From a virus, in the IMG/VR virus record IMGVR_UViG_3300021442_000581, positions 6,218-70,217 of that record: DNA of 64,000 nt. One strand, 5' to 3'. This document shows, piece by piece, positions 30,238-40,946 of the stretch (position 1 is the first letter of the stretch; every line of letters begins with the position of its first letter). The notes under the pieces are model-generated. The model was not told the DNA's origin. It made no database searches and worked only from the letters and a program-made list of their open reading frames with translations. Position numbers and translations under genes: made by a program.

Positions 30238-30962
30238 AGGTTTTAATTACTGGTGGAAGTGGATTACTTGGCGGTTACATACAAGATGAGTTAGAAAATC
30301 ATGTGAACCCTCTAAGTTATGAGAGTGTAGAATATTACGCGCCCTCTTCTCATGAATGTAATGTTATGAGTAAAGAGTCTGTAAGTCGTTCATTTTATTC
30401 TTATAATCCTGATATTGTTATTCACTGTGCTGCGATTGCAAAATTTAAAGATGTAGATAAGAATCCACAAAAAGCTTTGATGGTGAATGTTACTGGAACA
30501 TGTAACATTATAGGTCAATGTGAAGCTGGTAGTTTGGGAAGAACGGATGATGGTGTTAAGTTAGTTTACATTTCTACCGATCATGTGTTTGATGGTATGG
30601 GAGGTTTGTATGATACACATGAAAAGATAAATCCAATATCAAGGTATGCTAAGATGAAGGCAGCCGGAGAATTGTCCGTATTAACATACAGAAATCCGTT
30701 AGTAATTAGAACATCGTTTTGTCCGGAAAAATTTCCATTTGATACTGCGTATGTTGATAAGTATACGTCTCAAGATTACGTTGATTTGGTGGCTCCTAAA
30801 ATTGTAGATGCCGCTCTGAGCGATCAAACTGGAATAATTAATATAGGTCATAAACGTAGATCATTTTATGAATTAGCAAAGGAAAGAAATCCAAACATTA
30901 AGAAAGGCAGTATTAGCGAAGTGATGGGTCCAGTTTTAATAGACACAAGTTTAAAGGTTTAG
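30234..30962 (+). CDS. RmlD-like dTDP-4-dehydrorhamnose reductase
   Basis: TGGSGLLG, IHCAA, YISTDHVFDG, YAKMK..GE. Confidence 0.85.
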   Translation: MKVLITGGSGLLGGYIQDELENHVNPLSYESVEYYAPSSHECNVMSKESVSRSFYSYNPDIVIHCAAIAKFKDVDKNPQKALMVNVTGTCNIIGQCEAGSLGRTDDGVKLVYISTDHVFDGMGGLYDTHEKINPISRYAKMKAAGELSVLTYRNPLVIRTSFCPEKFPFDTAYVDKYTSQDYVDLVAPKIVDAALSDQTGIINIGHKRRSFYELAKERNPNIKKGSISEVMGPVLIDTSLKV

Positions 30963-30963
30963 A

Positions 30964-32397
30964 ATGCTTAACATAGAAAACATAGACGAAAAATTTTATA
31001 AGACTTTTAACAGTGATCAATGGAAAGAATTTCAAGATAAGTTTAATGATTGCGATGATATTTTTATTCTTGGTCACGGTGGTAATTTAGCCGTAGCAGA
31101 TCATTCGGCAATAGACATAACACGATTGAGTAATGGAACAAAGAATGCTCAATGTCCAGGGAGTGCTACTGTTGTTACGTCTTTAATTAACGATACAAAT
31201 TTTGATCAGTGGATGGTTCAATGGTTGAAACATGTTACGTCAACAAAAACTGAAGCTCAAATGAAAAAATGTTTAATATACGGAATCTCTTCATCAGGTG
31301 AATCTAGAGATTTGATTAAGGCTTTTCAGTGGGGACATGCAAATGGTCTACAGCTTGGTTGTGTAACAGCTAAACCGTTAACGGAAAGAATACCGAAGTT
31401 AACAGAGGTAGTTTTAGATTGTGAATATTATCATACGGCTGAAGTGTTATCGTTGTTATTACAGTATGAATTAACACACGGATCTGGAAAGGTTTGTCCA
31501 CCAATTGGAGGTAATAAGCCAGAGGATATTGCACACTATTCCACACAGGAAATACGAGAGCATAGTTTTCCGGACGAAATTAAAAATATTTGTGTTGATT
31601 TTGATGGAGTAATTCATAAAAATAGTAAGGGTTATTACGATGGAACTGTGTATGATGAACCGGTTGAGGGTTCAAAAGAGGCTTTAGAAAAATTATCTAA
31701 AAAATATGATGTGGTTATATGTTCAGCTAAGGCTAAATCAGATAGGGGATTGGTGAACGGTAAGACTGGAACTCAATTGGTATGGGAATGGTTGAAAGAA
31801 CACAAGATGGATAAGTTTGTAACTAAGGTTACAGCTGAAAAACCAAGAGCAGTTTTATATGTTGATGATAAGGGATTAAAATTTGATAATTGGAATGAAG
31901 CATTAGGAGAAATATTACCCGGAGAAAAAATTGAAGATTCGGATAGTGCCTTATATGTGTATGATTCTAATGTTGTAAATGTTTTAAAGGATGATGGAGT
32001 TGAGGATACAAATTGGGAAATCCTACAAAAATACGAAAATCAAACAACAGTTAGTCTAGAACAATTGAGATCAGATTTGGGTTCTGGATCATGGGCTGTT
32101 AGATTAGCATACAATGATTTGTTTGGTGGAGTTGTTATTCAACAGCATCCAGGTGAGGGTAACAGAAAACACATGCATACTGAAGCGGATGAAAATTGGG
32201 TGATATTAGATGGTGTATGGGAATGGTGGATAGACGGAAAGGGTACAAGTACAGTTGAGACGGGTGATTTTGTTTATGTTCCGAAAAACACTTGGCACCA
32301 GATAACGTGCATTGAAGGTCCAGCAGTTAGATACGCAATAACTAAACCCGATGTAGAACACATTTATTTACCAGAGGATATGAATGGCGAGAGCTGA
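30964..32397 (+). CDS. SIS (phosphosugar isomerase) + HAD phosphatase + cupin triple fusion
   Basis: GHGGNLAVADH/GISSSG (SIS); CVDFDGVIH...YVDDK (HAD); HMH....E.W..L.G...VPKNTWH (cupin). Confidence 0.8.
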   Translation: MLNIENIDEKFYKTFNSDQWKEFQDKFNDCDDIFILGHGGNLAVADHSAIDITRLSNGTKNAQCPGSATVVTSLINDTNFDQWMVQWLKHVTSTKTEAQMKKCLIYGISSSGESRDLIKAFQWGHANGLQLGCVTAKPLTERIPKLTEVVLDCEYYHTAEVLSLLLQYELTHGSGKVCPPIGGNKPEDIAHYSTQEIREHSFPDEIKNICVDFDGVIHKNSKGYYDGTVYDEPVEGSKEALEKLSKKYDVVICSAKAKSDRGLVNGKTGTQLVWEWLKEHKMDKFVTKVTAEKPRAVLYVDDKGLKFDNWNEALGEILPGEKIEDSDSALYVYDSNVVNVLKDDGVEDTNWEILQKYENQTTVSLEQLRSDLGSGSWAVRLAYNDLFGGVVIQQHPGEGNRKHMHTEADENWVILDGVWEWWIDGKGTSTVETGDFVYVPKNTWHQITCIEGPAVRYAITKPDVEHIYLPEDMNGES

Positions 32398-33055
32398 AAT
32401 AAAGGGGTTTAATGCAGTAGTTACGGGTGGATCTAAAGGAATCGGTAAAGCTACAGTTGAATTATTGAAGGAATGTGGTTATAATGTATTAGCCGGTGAT
32501 AGCAAAATGGGAGATCTATCTAACGAAAATGGAATAAACCAATTCATTGATTTTATAGATTTCGATCAGATTGATGTGTTAGTTAATAACGCAGGTTATA
32601 CAAAGTATGTTGATTCTTCATCGTGGTATAATGTTGATGATACTTTATTTGATAAAATTATGAATGTTAATGTTAAAGCACCATTTAAATTGATTAAAAA
32701 GTTGAGAGATAGATTTGTTGATACATCGTGTATCATCAATGTAGCATCAGTTGCTGGAATAACTGGTAATGGTAGTAATGTTGCATATTGTGCGTCTAAA
32801 GCTGCAGTAATAAATATGACTAAAGCGTTGGCAAGAAATATGGCACCAATTAGGGTAAATTCTGTAAGTCCAGGATTAATTAAAACTGGGTTCGTTAAAT
32901 TTCCAGATGAATATTATGAAAAAACTGTTGATCAAACTCCAGTTGGTATAATGGGTCAACCTATTCATGTTGCAACAGCTATATTAAATTTAATAAACTG
33001 TGAGTATAGTAGCGGCATTGATGTTATAGTAGATGGTGGAAGGATTTTAAATTAA
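32384..33055 (+). CDS. Short-chain dehydrogenase/reductase
   Basis: TGGSKGIG, LVNNAG, YCASKAA, RVNSVSPG, VDGG. Confidence 0.92.
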   Translation: MARAEIKGFNAVVTGGSKGIGKATVELLKECGYNVLAGDSKMGDLSNENGINQFIDFIDFDQIDVLVNNAGYTKYVDSSSWYNVDDTLFDKIMNVNVKAPFKLIKKLRDRFVDTSCIINVASVAGITGNGSNVAYCASKAAVINMTKALARNMAPIRVNSVSPGLIKTGFVKFPDEYYEKTVDQTPVGIMGQPIHVATAILNLINCEYSSGIDVIVDGGRILN

Positions 33056-33723
33056 TGGATATTTGCGCACTTATAATGGCACGAGGTGGCTCCAAACGGG
33101 TACCAAATAAAAACATTAGACCGTTTGCATATTCATCGTTGTTGGAATTAAAAATAGATCAACTTACAGATGAAGAATTAACTGTATATGTGAATTCAGA
33201 TTCTGATGAAATACTAGAGATTGCGAATTTAGCCGGAGCAAAGTGTATTAAGAGAGAACCACAGTATGCTACAGATGATGTTTCAATAAATGATGTCTAT
33301 AAAAATTTAGCACAAAGTGTGGAGCATGAACATATTTTATTTGCTCATGCTACAAGTCCACTAGTTAGCAGAGAATCACTAATAGATTGTCTGTCTAGGT
33401 ACGGAGAAATTGCCGCATTAGATTTTCCAGAGTATGATTCATTGGCAACAGTTACATATTTGCATAAGTTTTTATGGTTTGAGGATATGGCAATAAACTA
33501 TGATCCTAGTGAAATGCCAAGATCTCAAGATTTACCAGATTATTACATATTAAATTTTGCATTTAATATATTACCTAGACAATTAATGATAGATAGCGAA
33601 AATATTGTTGGTAAGAATTTTTATCCGTATGAATTAAATGAACTTGAAGCGTATGATGTTGATACTGAAGTAGAATTTCGTATAGCAGAATCAATATACA
33701 CGGATTTTTATGGCAGAAATTAA
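33055..33723 (+). CDS. Acylneuraminate/CMP-ulosonate cytidylyltransferase (NeuA-like)
   Basis: ARGGSKRVPNKNI, TSPL, PRSQDL, DVDTE.EF. Confidence 0.88.
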   Translation: MDICALIMARGGSKRVPNKNIRPFAYSSLLELKIDQLTDEELTVYVNSDSDEILEIANLAGAKCIKREPQYATDDVSINDVYKNLAQSVEHEHILFAHATSPLVSRESLIDCLSRYGEIAALDFPEYDSLATVTYLHKFLWFEDMAINYDPSEMPRSQDLPDYYILNFAFNILPRQLMIDSENIVGKNFYPYELNELEAYDVDTEVEFRIAESIYTDFYGRN

Positions 33724-34609
33724 AGTATTAGTTACCGGTGGATCTGGTTTTATAGGTGGTAATTTAGTTAAACGATTAAATGAATTAGGTTATATTGTAA
33801 GGACTATGGATTTTCACAGCGAGGATTATCCGTGTGATATTTCGTATCTTGATAGTTTTGAACCAGTTTATGAGTGGGAACCAGATATTATTTATCATTT
33901 AGCTGGACAATCGTACGGTAGGGGTGGATTACTTGATCCGTATAAAGATTTAAATTGGAATGCTAAAGGTACTTTAAATGTATGTGAATTTACTAAAAAA
34001 TTAGGAACAGTTCACAGAATTATTTATACATCTACTATGGCAGTATACGGTGATGAAGAATTATCAGAAGAGATTGATCTTCCAAATCCACTATCAAATT
34101 ACGGTACAACAAAATTAACTGGAGAACACTACATAAAACAATTAGATCAGCACGGCATAGGGTATACAATTTTTAGGTTATTTAACACGTATGGTCCAGG
34201 TCAAGATCTTGCTCATACTATGAAGGGTTTAGTTTCAGCTATGTTATCTCAAGTTCTTAATGGGTTTACAATTAATGTTACCGGTCATCTATCTAGATTT
34301 AGAGATTTGACATACATTGATGATTGTGTAGATGCATTAATTATGGGAATGGAATATGATACTCATAATGAAACGTTTAATCTGTGTAGCGGGAGAAAAA
34401 CTACAGTTGATGATTTGATTAATATGCTAATTGATATTTCAGGAAAAGAGCATGAATTGTTTGATATAAAAAATACTGGAAGTCATTATGGAGATCAATA
34501 TGGAAATACAGGAAATAACACAAAATTGACAACAGTAGGATGGAAACCAAAGGTTACGTTAGAAGAAGGTCTTAAGAAATTTTATAAGTATGCAGAAGAG
34601 AATGTATGA
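33710..34609 (+). CDS. NAD-dependent epimerase/dehydratase
   Basis: TGGSGFIG, YGTTK, RLFNTYGPGQ, RDLTYIDD. Confidence 0.9.
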   Translation: MAEIKVLVTGGSGFIGGNLVKRLNELGYIVRTMDFHSEDYPCDISYLDSFEPVYEWEPDIIYHLAGQSYGRGGLLDPYKDLNWNAKGTLNVCEFTKKLGTVHRIIYTSTMAVYGDEELSEEIDLPNPLSNYGTTKLTGEHYIKQLDQHGIGYTIFRLFNTYGPGQDLAHTMKGLVSAMLSQVLNGFTINVTGHLSRFRDLTYIDDCVDALIMGMEYDTHNETFNLCSGRKTTVDDLINMLIDISGKEHELFDIKNTGSHYGDQYGNTGNNTKLTTVGWKPKVTLEEGLKKFYKYAEENV

Positions 34610-35307
34610 AGCCGATTGTAGTTTTAGCTAAGGGACCAAGTGCACGAGAAATAAAACCCGGTGATAAGTACGATGTAGCTACTGCGAACAATACTATCTG
34701 GTTATGTCCGAATCCAACGTATGCTTTTTTCAATGATGTTGATTTAATATGGTTGACAAGAAAGGAACACTTTAAAGAAGTTACACTAATGGTTATTCCA
34801 TCTTATTTGCATTCTCATTGGGGTAGAGTAGAGGGTACAGTTGATTGTTCTGAAGACGAAACACATTTTCATGAGTTAGCCAAAATATTTCCAGGATGGT
34901 TGGATCATGTGAATTTACGTGTATACGAATTACATGCTGGAGATAATGAAAGACCGGAAGAACAAGAAAGATCAGGTCTTCAAAATTCTGGTTGTCCAGC
35001 TTTGGATGAGTGGCCAATGTCAACCGGTGGTACAGCAATATCATGGTTATCAAAATTTGGAGGATATAGAGATTTCATACTTGCAGGGTTTGATGCAGGA
35101 GGAGGTTATCACCCAATGTTTGTAGGCGGAGGTCATCCAGATGGAGAGAAGGGGTTTAATGGACAAGGTACTGCTCCGCAGAGACCCGATCAGTATCAAA
35201 ACAATTGGGATGTATGTGCTAGGTTTGCAGGTAGATATGGTGGAACCATTAGACACATAGATGATATTGATGATGAAGAACTACGAGATCTTGGAATAGT
35301 CGAATGA
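34606..35307 (+). CDS. Putative sialyltransferase/Maf-like transferase
   Basis: VVLAKGPS...N...STG..A...ILAGFD pattern. Confidence 0.45.
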   Translation: MKPIVVLAKGPSAREIKPGDKYDVATANNTIWLCPNPTYAFFNDVDLIWLTRKEHFKEVTLMVIPSYLHSHWGRVEGTVDCSEDETHFHELAKIFPGWLDHVNLRVYELHAGDNERPEEQERSGLQNSGCPALDEWPMSTGGTAISWLSKFGGYRDFILAGFDAGGGYHPMFVGGGHPDGEKGFNGQGTAPQRPDQYQNNWDVCARFAGRYGGTIRHIDDIDDEELRDLGIVE

Positions 35308-35861
35308 TAGTTACGATACACCAACCCAATTTTATTCCATGGATGCCATTTTTTGAAAAGATAGATCAAGCCGATGTTTATGTATGCTTGACACATTGTC
35401 AGTTTGAAAAGAATGGATTTCAAAACAGATTTAATCATGATGGAAAGTGGTATACGATGAGTGTAAAAAAGGGAAATATCCCCATTCGGAAAAAGAAATA
35501 CATTGACGCAATCGAAAATTGGGAAAAGATAAAAAAAAGTCTCCCAGTTTATGAAGATTTCCTAAGCATGTTTGATCATAGAATTTCAAATAATTTAATG
35601 CTAACAAATTTAGGTATAATAAAGTCAGTTCTGTACTTGAGAAACATAAAGACCGAAGTAGTGCTAGATTGGAAAACGCATTTAAAATCAACAGAAAGAT
35701 TGGTAGACATTTGTATACAGTATGGAGCAACAAAATATTTGTCAGGTATAGGAGCAAAAAATTATTTAGATGAGTCTTTATTTGAAAAAGAAAATATAGA
35801 AGTGATATATCAAGAACCAAAAAATAAGGTAAGTTTATTAGATGAAATTTCTAGGATTTGA
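35304..35861 (+). CDS. WbqC-like protein
   Basis: IHQPNFIPW..FF.KI..AD, QF.K..FQNR, YLSG.GAKNYL. Confidence 0.88.
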   Translation: MIVTIHQPNFIPWMPFFEKIDQADVYVCLTHCQFEKNGFQNRFNHDGKWYTMSVKKGNIPIRKKKYIDAIENWEKIKKSLPVYEDFLSMFDHRISNNLMLTNLGIIKSVLYLRNIKTEVVLDWKTHLKSTERLVDICIQYGATKYLSGIGAKNYLDESLFEKENIEVIYQEPKNKVSLLDEISRI

Positions 35862-36465
35862 TAGGGTTTTGTGTATATCTCCCCATCCAGATGATGTGGA
35901 GTATAGTATGATGGGTACAATATTGAAATTCTTGGATACAAAGTTTGTTATATTGAATTTGTGTCAAGGTGGAGATTTGGATTCAACTACTGGGAAAACT
36001 AGATTAGAAGAAGTTCACAAGGTTTGGGGATCTCCTCCGAATGTACTACTAAGATTTACTGATCATGTGTATATGAGATCTTTAAGAGAAGAGCAGTGGA
36101 TTAATTTAATAGAGAAAGAAATGGAAGATGCGCTAATAGATGCAATTTGTTTACCAAATGAATGCGATTCTCATTTCGAACATAGACTTATAGCCGGATT
36201 TGGACAAGCTTTAGTACGTTCCCAATCGACAGCCCTTATACAGTATAAGACGCCCAGTACGGATAACACATGGATACCAAATTTATTTGTTGATATAACA
36301 GAAGAATACAACTTTAAAGTAAAATCTTTAGAGGAATTTAAAAGTCAACAGCACAGATACTATTTTAGACCTGATGTTTTACGTGCTTTTCATTCAGATT
36401 ATCAGAGTGCTAAGAAGGGGAAACATTTTATAGAACAATTTAAGGCGGTGGATTTATATGCATAA
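35842..36465 (+). CDS. PIG-L/LmbE family deacetylase
   Basis: SPHPDDVE, DSHFEH, PNLFVDIT, SQ..R.YF. Confidence 0.85.
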   Translation: MKFLGFDRVLCISPHPDDVEYSMMGTILKFLDTKFVILNLCQGGDLDSTTGKTRLEEVHKVWGSPPNVLLRFTDHVYMRSLREEQWINLIEKEMEDALIDAICLPNECDSHFEHRLIAGFGQALVRSQSTALIQYKTPSTDNTWIPNLFVDITEEYNFKVKSLEEFKSQQHRYYFRPDVLRAFHSDYQSAKKGKHFIEQFKAVDLYA

Positions 36466-37255
36466 GTTGGTATTATTTATAAAGTCGTATGCGGGGCATT
36501 TAGAGTATACAAAACAGTTAATAGAAACAATAAAGAAATTTAATGTAGATAATTTACCAACATATCTGTCAGTTCCTCGTGATCAAATTGGATTGTTTGA
36601 CGATAATGTTGATACTGATTATGCGACGTTAATGAATGATGATGAGATAGTCGGCAATCCAGTTATGTCAGATAATTGGTATGGTCAACAGCTTGTAAAA
36701 ATGTCATTTAGTCAAACTGAATTATGTGAGAATTATTTATGGATAGATGCAGATTCTTATTTTATACGGGAATTTGGTACTCATGATTTTATGGCGAATG
36801 AAGATACACCGTATACTAATATTACAGAGTGTAAAGATTTACTTACTTGGTGTGCAATTAGACCGGATAAGGCTCATGTATTTCAATCCTTTGCAAGTGA
36901 TAGATTAAAGGTTATGGAATTATTTCAAAGAACGGGTAAGTTATTTGATTCTGTTTGTCCAAATTTGTGGTCTTCTAAAGTATTGACTCACATGAAGAAG
37001 AATTACTTAGAGCCAAATAATATGCATTTTGAAACACTTTTACAGCAAGTACCGGGTGAATTGATTTGGTATACTGAATATTTATTGGCGACTAAGGTTA
37101 TTGATGTTGTACCATGTGAAGGATGGTTTAAAGCATTTCACTATTTAGATCAGATGAATGATTGTAAGGCACAAGGAAATACAGAGGAAACATTGGCATA
37201 CAACTATTTAGGTATTGTTATGCCAAGTAAAGAAACACAGGAATTAAGATTTTAA
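36458..37255 (+). CDS. Nucleotide-diphospho-sugar transferase-like protein (DUF6492-like)
   Basis: KSY, W..QQLVK, YLWIDADSYFIR. Confidence 0.6.
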   Translation: MHKLVLFIKSYAGHLEYTKQLIETIKKFNVDNLPTYLSVPRDQIGLFDDNVDTDYATLMNDDEIVGNPVMSDNWYGQQLVKMSFSQTELCENYLWIDADSYFIREFGTHDFMANEDTPYTNITECKDLLTWCAIRPDKAHVFQSFASDRLKVMELFQRTGKLFDSVCPNLWSSKVLTHMKKNYLEPNNMHFETLLQQVPGELIWYTEYLLATKVIDVVPCEGWFKAFHYLDQMNDCKAQGNTEETLAYNYLGIVMPSKETQELRF

Positions 37256-37256
37256 T

Positions 37257-37985
37257 ATGTTATTAAGCACACTCAATCACAATGTTCCGGATTTAACTGA
37301 TAATTTAATACATCAATTAAGAAAAGATCCAATAACAAATGATATGGAATTTATGGTAGTTGATAATGGTTCATCAGAACCACTAGCAAAACAGACTACT
37401 CATAAGTTAGAGACTAATGCTTATTTTGGCGGAGGATTTAATGTGATCCTAGAGTATTTCTTGAGCACGGGTCATGATTACCTTGCGATGTTGAATAATG
37501 ATCTGATATTCCACGGATATAGTTTTGTTAGTAATGTTTTGAGCGAAATGAAAGAGAATGATTCTGCAGTATATAGTCCATCGGTTATCAATGCAGAAAT
37601 ATCACAATGCAATTGGAAACAAATGTATAATTGGGGATCTAACACTGTTAGAGAAGTTAGGTGGATTGATTTTCAATGTCCTATTTTAAGAAGAGATATT
37701 TGTGAAATAATACATCAGTTTCCTGATAAGTTAGTATACGGATGGGGATTGGATTTTTATGCAGGTGTTATGGCTGAAACTCATGGATTGAAGACACACG
37801 TAAGTGATAAGCAAGCAGTGGCTCATTTAAATTCACAGACATTCCGTAGGGGTAAGATTAACATTGGAGTTGAAGAATTTTGTAGAAGAGCAGAATTTGG
37901 ATTACACGATTATTTTTCTAATTCTGATTATAATGAATTATACTATGACTTAAGAAATTGGGGAGAAGATTATGAATACAAGTAA
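37257..37985 (+). CDS. GT2 glycosyltransferase
   Basis: VVDNGS, N..FGGGFN, LNND, YGWGLD. Confidence 0.8.
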   Translation: MLLSTLNHNVPDLTDNLIHQLRKDPITNDMEFMVVDNGSSEPLAKQTTHKLETNAYFGGGFNVILEYFLSTGHDYLAMLNNDLIFHGYSFVSNVLSEMKENDSAVYSPSVINAEISQCNWKQMYNWGSNTVREVRWIDFQCPILRRDICEIIHQFPDKLVYGWGLDFYAGVMAETHGLKTHVSDKQAVAHLNSQTFRRGKINIGVEEFCRRAEFGLHDYFSNSDYNELYYDLRNWGEDYEYK

Positions 37986-38832
37986 TAACTCACCGATGAC
38001 GTTTTGTATTTCAACATACAATAATTTGAAGTATTTAAAAATTGCAGTAGATTCTGTTCGAACGAATTCATACTATGCTGAATCACCGTTTATAGTTCAT
38101 GCAGAGAATTGTGATGATGGTACGGATGAGTGGTTAATTAATAATAGCGAAAAATATGAGTTAGAATTTTATATAGATAAAAATAAACCGGCATTGGGTA
38201 TTGGTGGAGGAATGAATTTTTGTGCTGATAAGGTAAAAACTAAGTACATTAATTTTTTGCATTCTGATTTCTATGTAACTAAAAATTGGGATAAAGCTCT
38301 ATTAGATGTACATGAAAAATATCCAGATGAAAAATTATGGGTTAATTCTCATAGGGTTGAACCTAAAATGTTTGCAACAACTGAATCTAGACCTGGAACT
38401 GTTGTTGTACCACAAGAGGTATTCGGTGCATACTATGATGATTTTAATACAAAAACTTTTGATGCGTGGGCAGAGGAATTTGTAGATGGGAATGATTTTG
38501 AGATTGCTAAAGGCGAAGGGGTTAGTGGATTGATACGAAAGAGAGATTGGGACGAAATTGGTGGTAATGACCCGTTGTTTGCGCCGGCAAGCTGGGAGGA
38601 CATGGATTTATTTTTGCGAATGTTGCAGAATGGATTTAGATTTATACTACCAACTACTTCTTTAATATGGCATTTCGGAGCAAGAGGAAGTCATAGATTA
38701 GAAGAGAATGATGGAAAGACAGCGGAACGTCAGCTCAGAGCAGAACGAGATAATCAACAGAAGTGGGTTAAGAAATGGGGAAGATTACCTAAATTTGATG
38801 AGGTAGGATTTATATGCGGATTAATCGACTAA
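37972..38832 (+). CDS. GT2 glycosyltransferase
   Basis: CISTYNN, DDGT, FLHSD, GGND..F.P...ED.D. Confidence 0.85.
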   Translation: MNTSNNSPMTFCISTYNNLKYLKIAVDSVRTNSYYAESPFIVHAENCDDGTDEWLINNSEKYELEFYIDKNKPALGIGGGMNFCADKVKTKYINFLHSDFYVTKNWDKALLDVHEKYPDEKLWVNSHRVEPKMFATTESRPGTVVVPQEVFGAYYDDFNTKTFDAWAEEFVDGNDFEIAKGEGVSGLIRKRDWDEIGGNDPLFAPASWEDMDLFLRMLQNGFRFILPTTSLIWHFGARGSHRLEENDGKTAERQLRAERDNQQKWVKKWGRLPKFDEVGFICGLID

Positions 38833-39212
38833 AGGTTCTTGATTTTGGAACCATGAAGGGATGCGTAGCATCTGAAAATATTAAAACTAATGAAACAATA
38901 TACGAGTTTACAGGAAAAAAGATACCATTTCCAACACGAACGTCGATTGAATCAATATATGGTCATGTTGAAGATGAAATGGGTCAATACTTAAACCATA
39001 ATTGTAAGCCGAATTCAAATCTAGTTAATTTTATGTCAAAGGAATGGACAGGAATGAAGGTGGTTGCAATACAAAATATTGATAAGGGAACAGAAATTAC
39101 ATTTGATTATAATTGTACTGAAGGTGAATTATCTAATCCATTTGAATGTAACTGTTGTAATAAACTAATTAAAGGAAGAAACCATGTTATCGCTAGTCGT
39201 ACCAAGTTATAA
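38814..39212 (+). CDS. SET-domain protein (lysine methyltransferase fold) with post-SET cysteines
   Basis: YLNHNCKPN, I.KG.EITFDY, FECNCC. Confidence 0.85.
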   Translation: MRINRLKVLDFGTMKGCVASENIKTNETIYEFTGKKIPFPTRTSIESIYGHVEDEMGQYLNHNCKPNSNLVNFMSKEWTGMKVVAIQNIDKGTEITFDYNCTEGELSNPFECNCCNKLIKGRNHVIASRTKL

Positions 39213-40398
39213 TAATTTAAGACACTTAAAAAATTTATTTGCTTCATACGTGAACAATACAAAACCAGGTGAAGTAGAACTAATTATAATAGATGATTGT
39301 AGTACTGATGGCACTCAGGAATGGATGGAAAGTATATTTCATAGTCATCCACTTAGTTTTGAGTATAATCAGATACAGTGCATTTATAGCAAAAAACGAG
39401 TAGGACATACTGTATTGTATGATACAGGGTTTGAAAGAGCTACTAATGATTTTGTTGGAATATTACATGCAGATATGTACATTGCTCCAAATTATGTAGA
39501 AAATATGATGAAGCATGCAAAGAAGGGAACTGTCGTCTGTGCTACTAGGATTGAACCACCTCTACATCCACCTCAACCAATTGTAAAAATAATAAAGGAT
39601 TTTGGATTAGATTTTGATACGTTAGATATTGATGCGTATGAAAAATTTGCAATTGCGCAAGCTAAGATTGACAAGGACAAGACATCAACAGGTATGTTTG
39701 CTCCATGGATGTTGCATAAAGAAGATTATTTTAAATGTAATGGGCATGATCATAACTTTGCTCCATTTCCGTATGAAGATTCAGACATATTTCAAAGATG
39801 GATGTTAGGTGGTTTAGAACTGATGCAGAGTAGAGATGCATTTGTGTATCATCTTACATGTAGAGGTCATAAATGGACTAAAGAAATAGGAGTGTATGAT
39901 GATGAATTTGATGGATTTGAAGTAAAAGCTAGGCGGAATTGGCTTAGAAAATGGGGATCTTGGATAGAGAATGATCAAGAACAACGCCCTATAATTTATC
40001 CAAAATACGATATTGGGTTTGTAATTGATAATTGTGATAGTAAAAAAGTATATGAATTAGAACCATGGTGCAATGACATGTACGGAGATTTTGTTGGTCA
40101 TAAAGGATTTCATATTAACAAGTACATTAAAACTGAACAAAAAACTACGTTTTATGATCTGTCAAAGAAATTCCATACTAGATATATTGAGCCGACTAAT
40201 GATGTAGTAGTTGAATTTGACGTAGAAAAGTTACGTGAAGCTGATTTTAATATACTAATTAACCTAAATAAGATAATTCAAGACTCTGGACAGGTCGGAA
40301 AATTTCAAATTGGTATATTTAATATTACAATACATAGAATGGTTAATCAAATTCCGCACTTAAAGCACGCATTTAAACTTAGTGAGGAATATTTATAA
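39184..40398 (+). CDS. GT2 glycosyltransferase
   Basis: VVPSYNN, DDCSTDGT, ILHADM, EDSD, YHLTCRG. Confidence 0.85.
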   Translation: MLSLVVPSYNNLRHLKNLFASYVNNTKPGEVELIIIDDCSTDGTQEWMESIFHSHPLSFEYNQIQCIYSKKRVGHTVLYDTGFERATNDFVGILHADMYIAPNYVENMMKHAKKGTVVCATRIEPPLHPPQPIVKIIKDFGLDFDTLDIDAYEKFAIAQAKIDKDKTSTGMFAPWMLHKEDYFKCNGHDHNFAPFPYEDSDIFQRWMLGGLELMQSRDAFVYHLTCRGHKWTKEIGVYDDEFDGFEVKARRNWLRKWGSWIENDQEQRPIIYPKYDIGFVIDNCDSKKVYELEPWCNDMYGDFVGHKGFHINKYIKTEQKTTFYDLSKKFHTRYIEPTNDVVVEFDVEKLREADFNILINLNKIIQDSGQVGKFQIGIFNITIHRMVNQIPHLKHAFKLSEEYL

Positions 40399-40416
40399 AT
40401 GTAATGGAGAATTTAA

Positions 40417-40938
40417 ATGGCTAAGAAAGCAGCATCATTTGAGTATAATGGTACATTAATCAAAGTATTAGATGGTGATACAATTGATTGTTGGATCGAT
40501 TTAGGATTTGATCTAAAAATTAAAAAAAGAATTAGATATATGGGTATTGATACTTGGGAATCACGTACTAAAAACCTAGATGAAAAGAAATTGGGTCTAG
40601 CAGCGAAAGCACGAAACAAAGAGTTGTTAGAGGGTGGAGTTTTTAAGATAGTTTCTCATGGTACTGGAAAATTTGGCCGAGTTTTAGGAGAGATTTTCGT
40701 ACAGGAAGAAGCCGTAGGTGATTCAGTACCTGAGGGTGTAGACAGAAGCGCAGATGGATTAGTTAGTATTAATGACATATTAATGGCAGAAGGTCATGCT
40801 TACGAATATCATGGTGAAAAGAAGAAAGATTTTAAAGCAGAAGTACTAGCAGAGAAAAAAGCAGCGTTAAGTGCAGTGTACACTCCAGCAGTCGATCAAC
40901 CCGATTATGAGGATAAACAGGTATTGTATAAATCATAG
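40417..40938 (+). CDS. Thermonuclease (SNase-like) protein
   Basis: KVLDGDTID, RIR..GIDT.ESRT, GKFGRVLG, IND.L..EGHA. Confidence 0.85.
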   Translation: MAKKAASFEYNGTLIKVLDGDTIDCWIDLGFDLKIKKRIRYMGIDTWESRTKNLDEKKLGLAAKARNKELLEGGVFKIVSHGTGKFGRVLGEIFVQEEAVGDSVPEGVDRSADGLVSINDILMAEGHAYEYHGEKKKDFKAEVLAEKKAALSAVYTPAVDQPDYEDKQVLYKS

Positions 40939-40946
40939 AGGATTAA

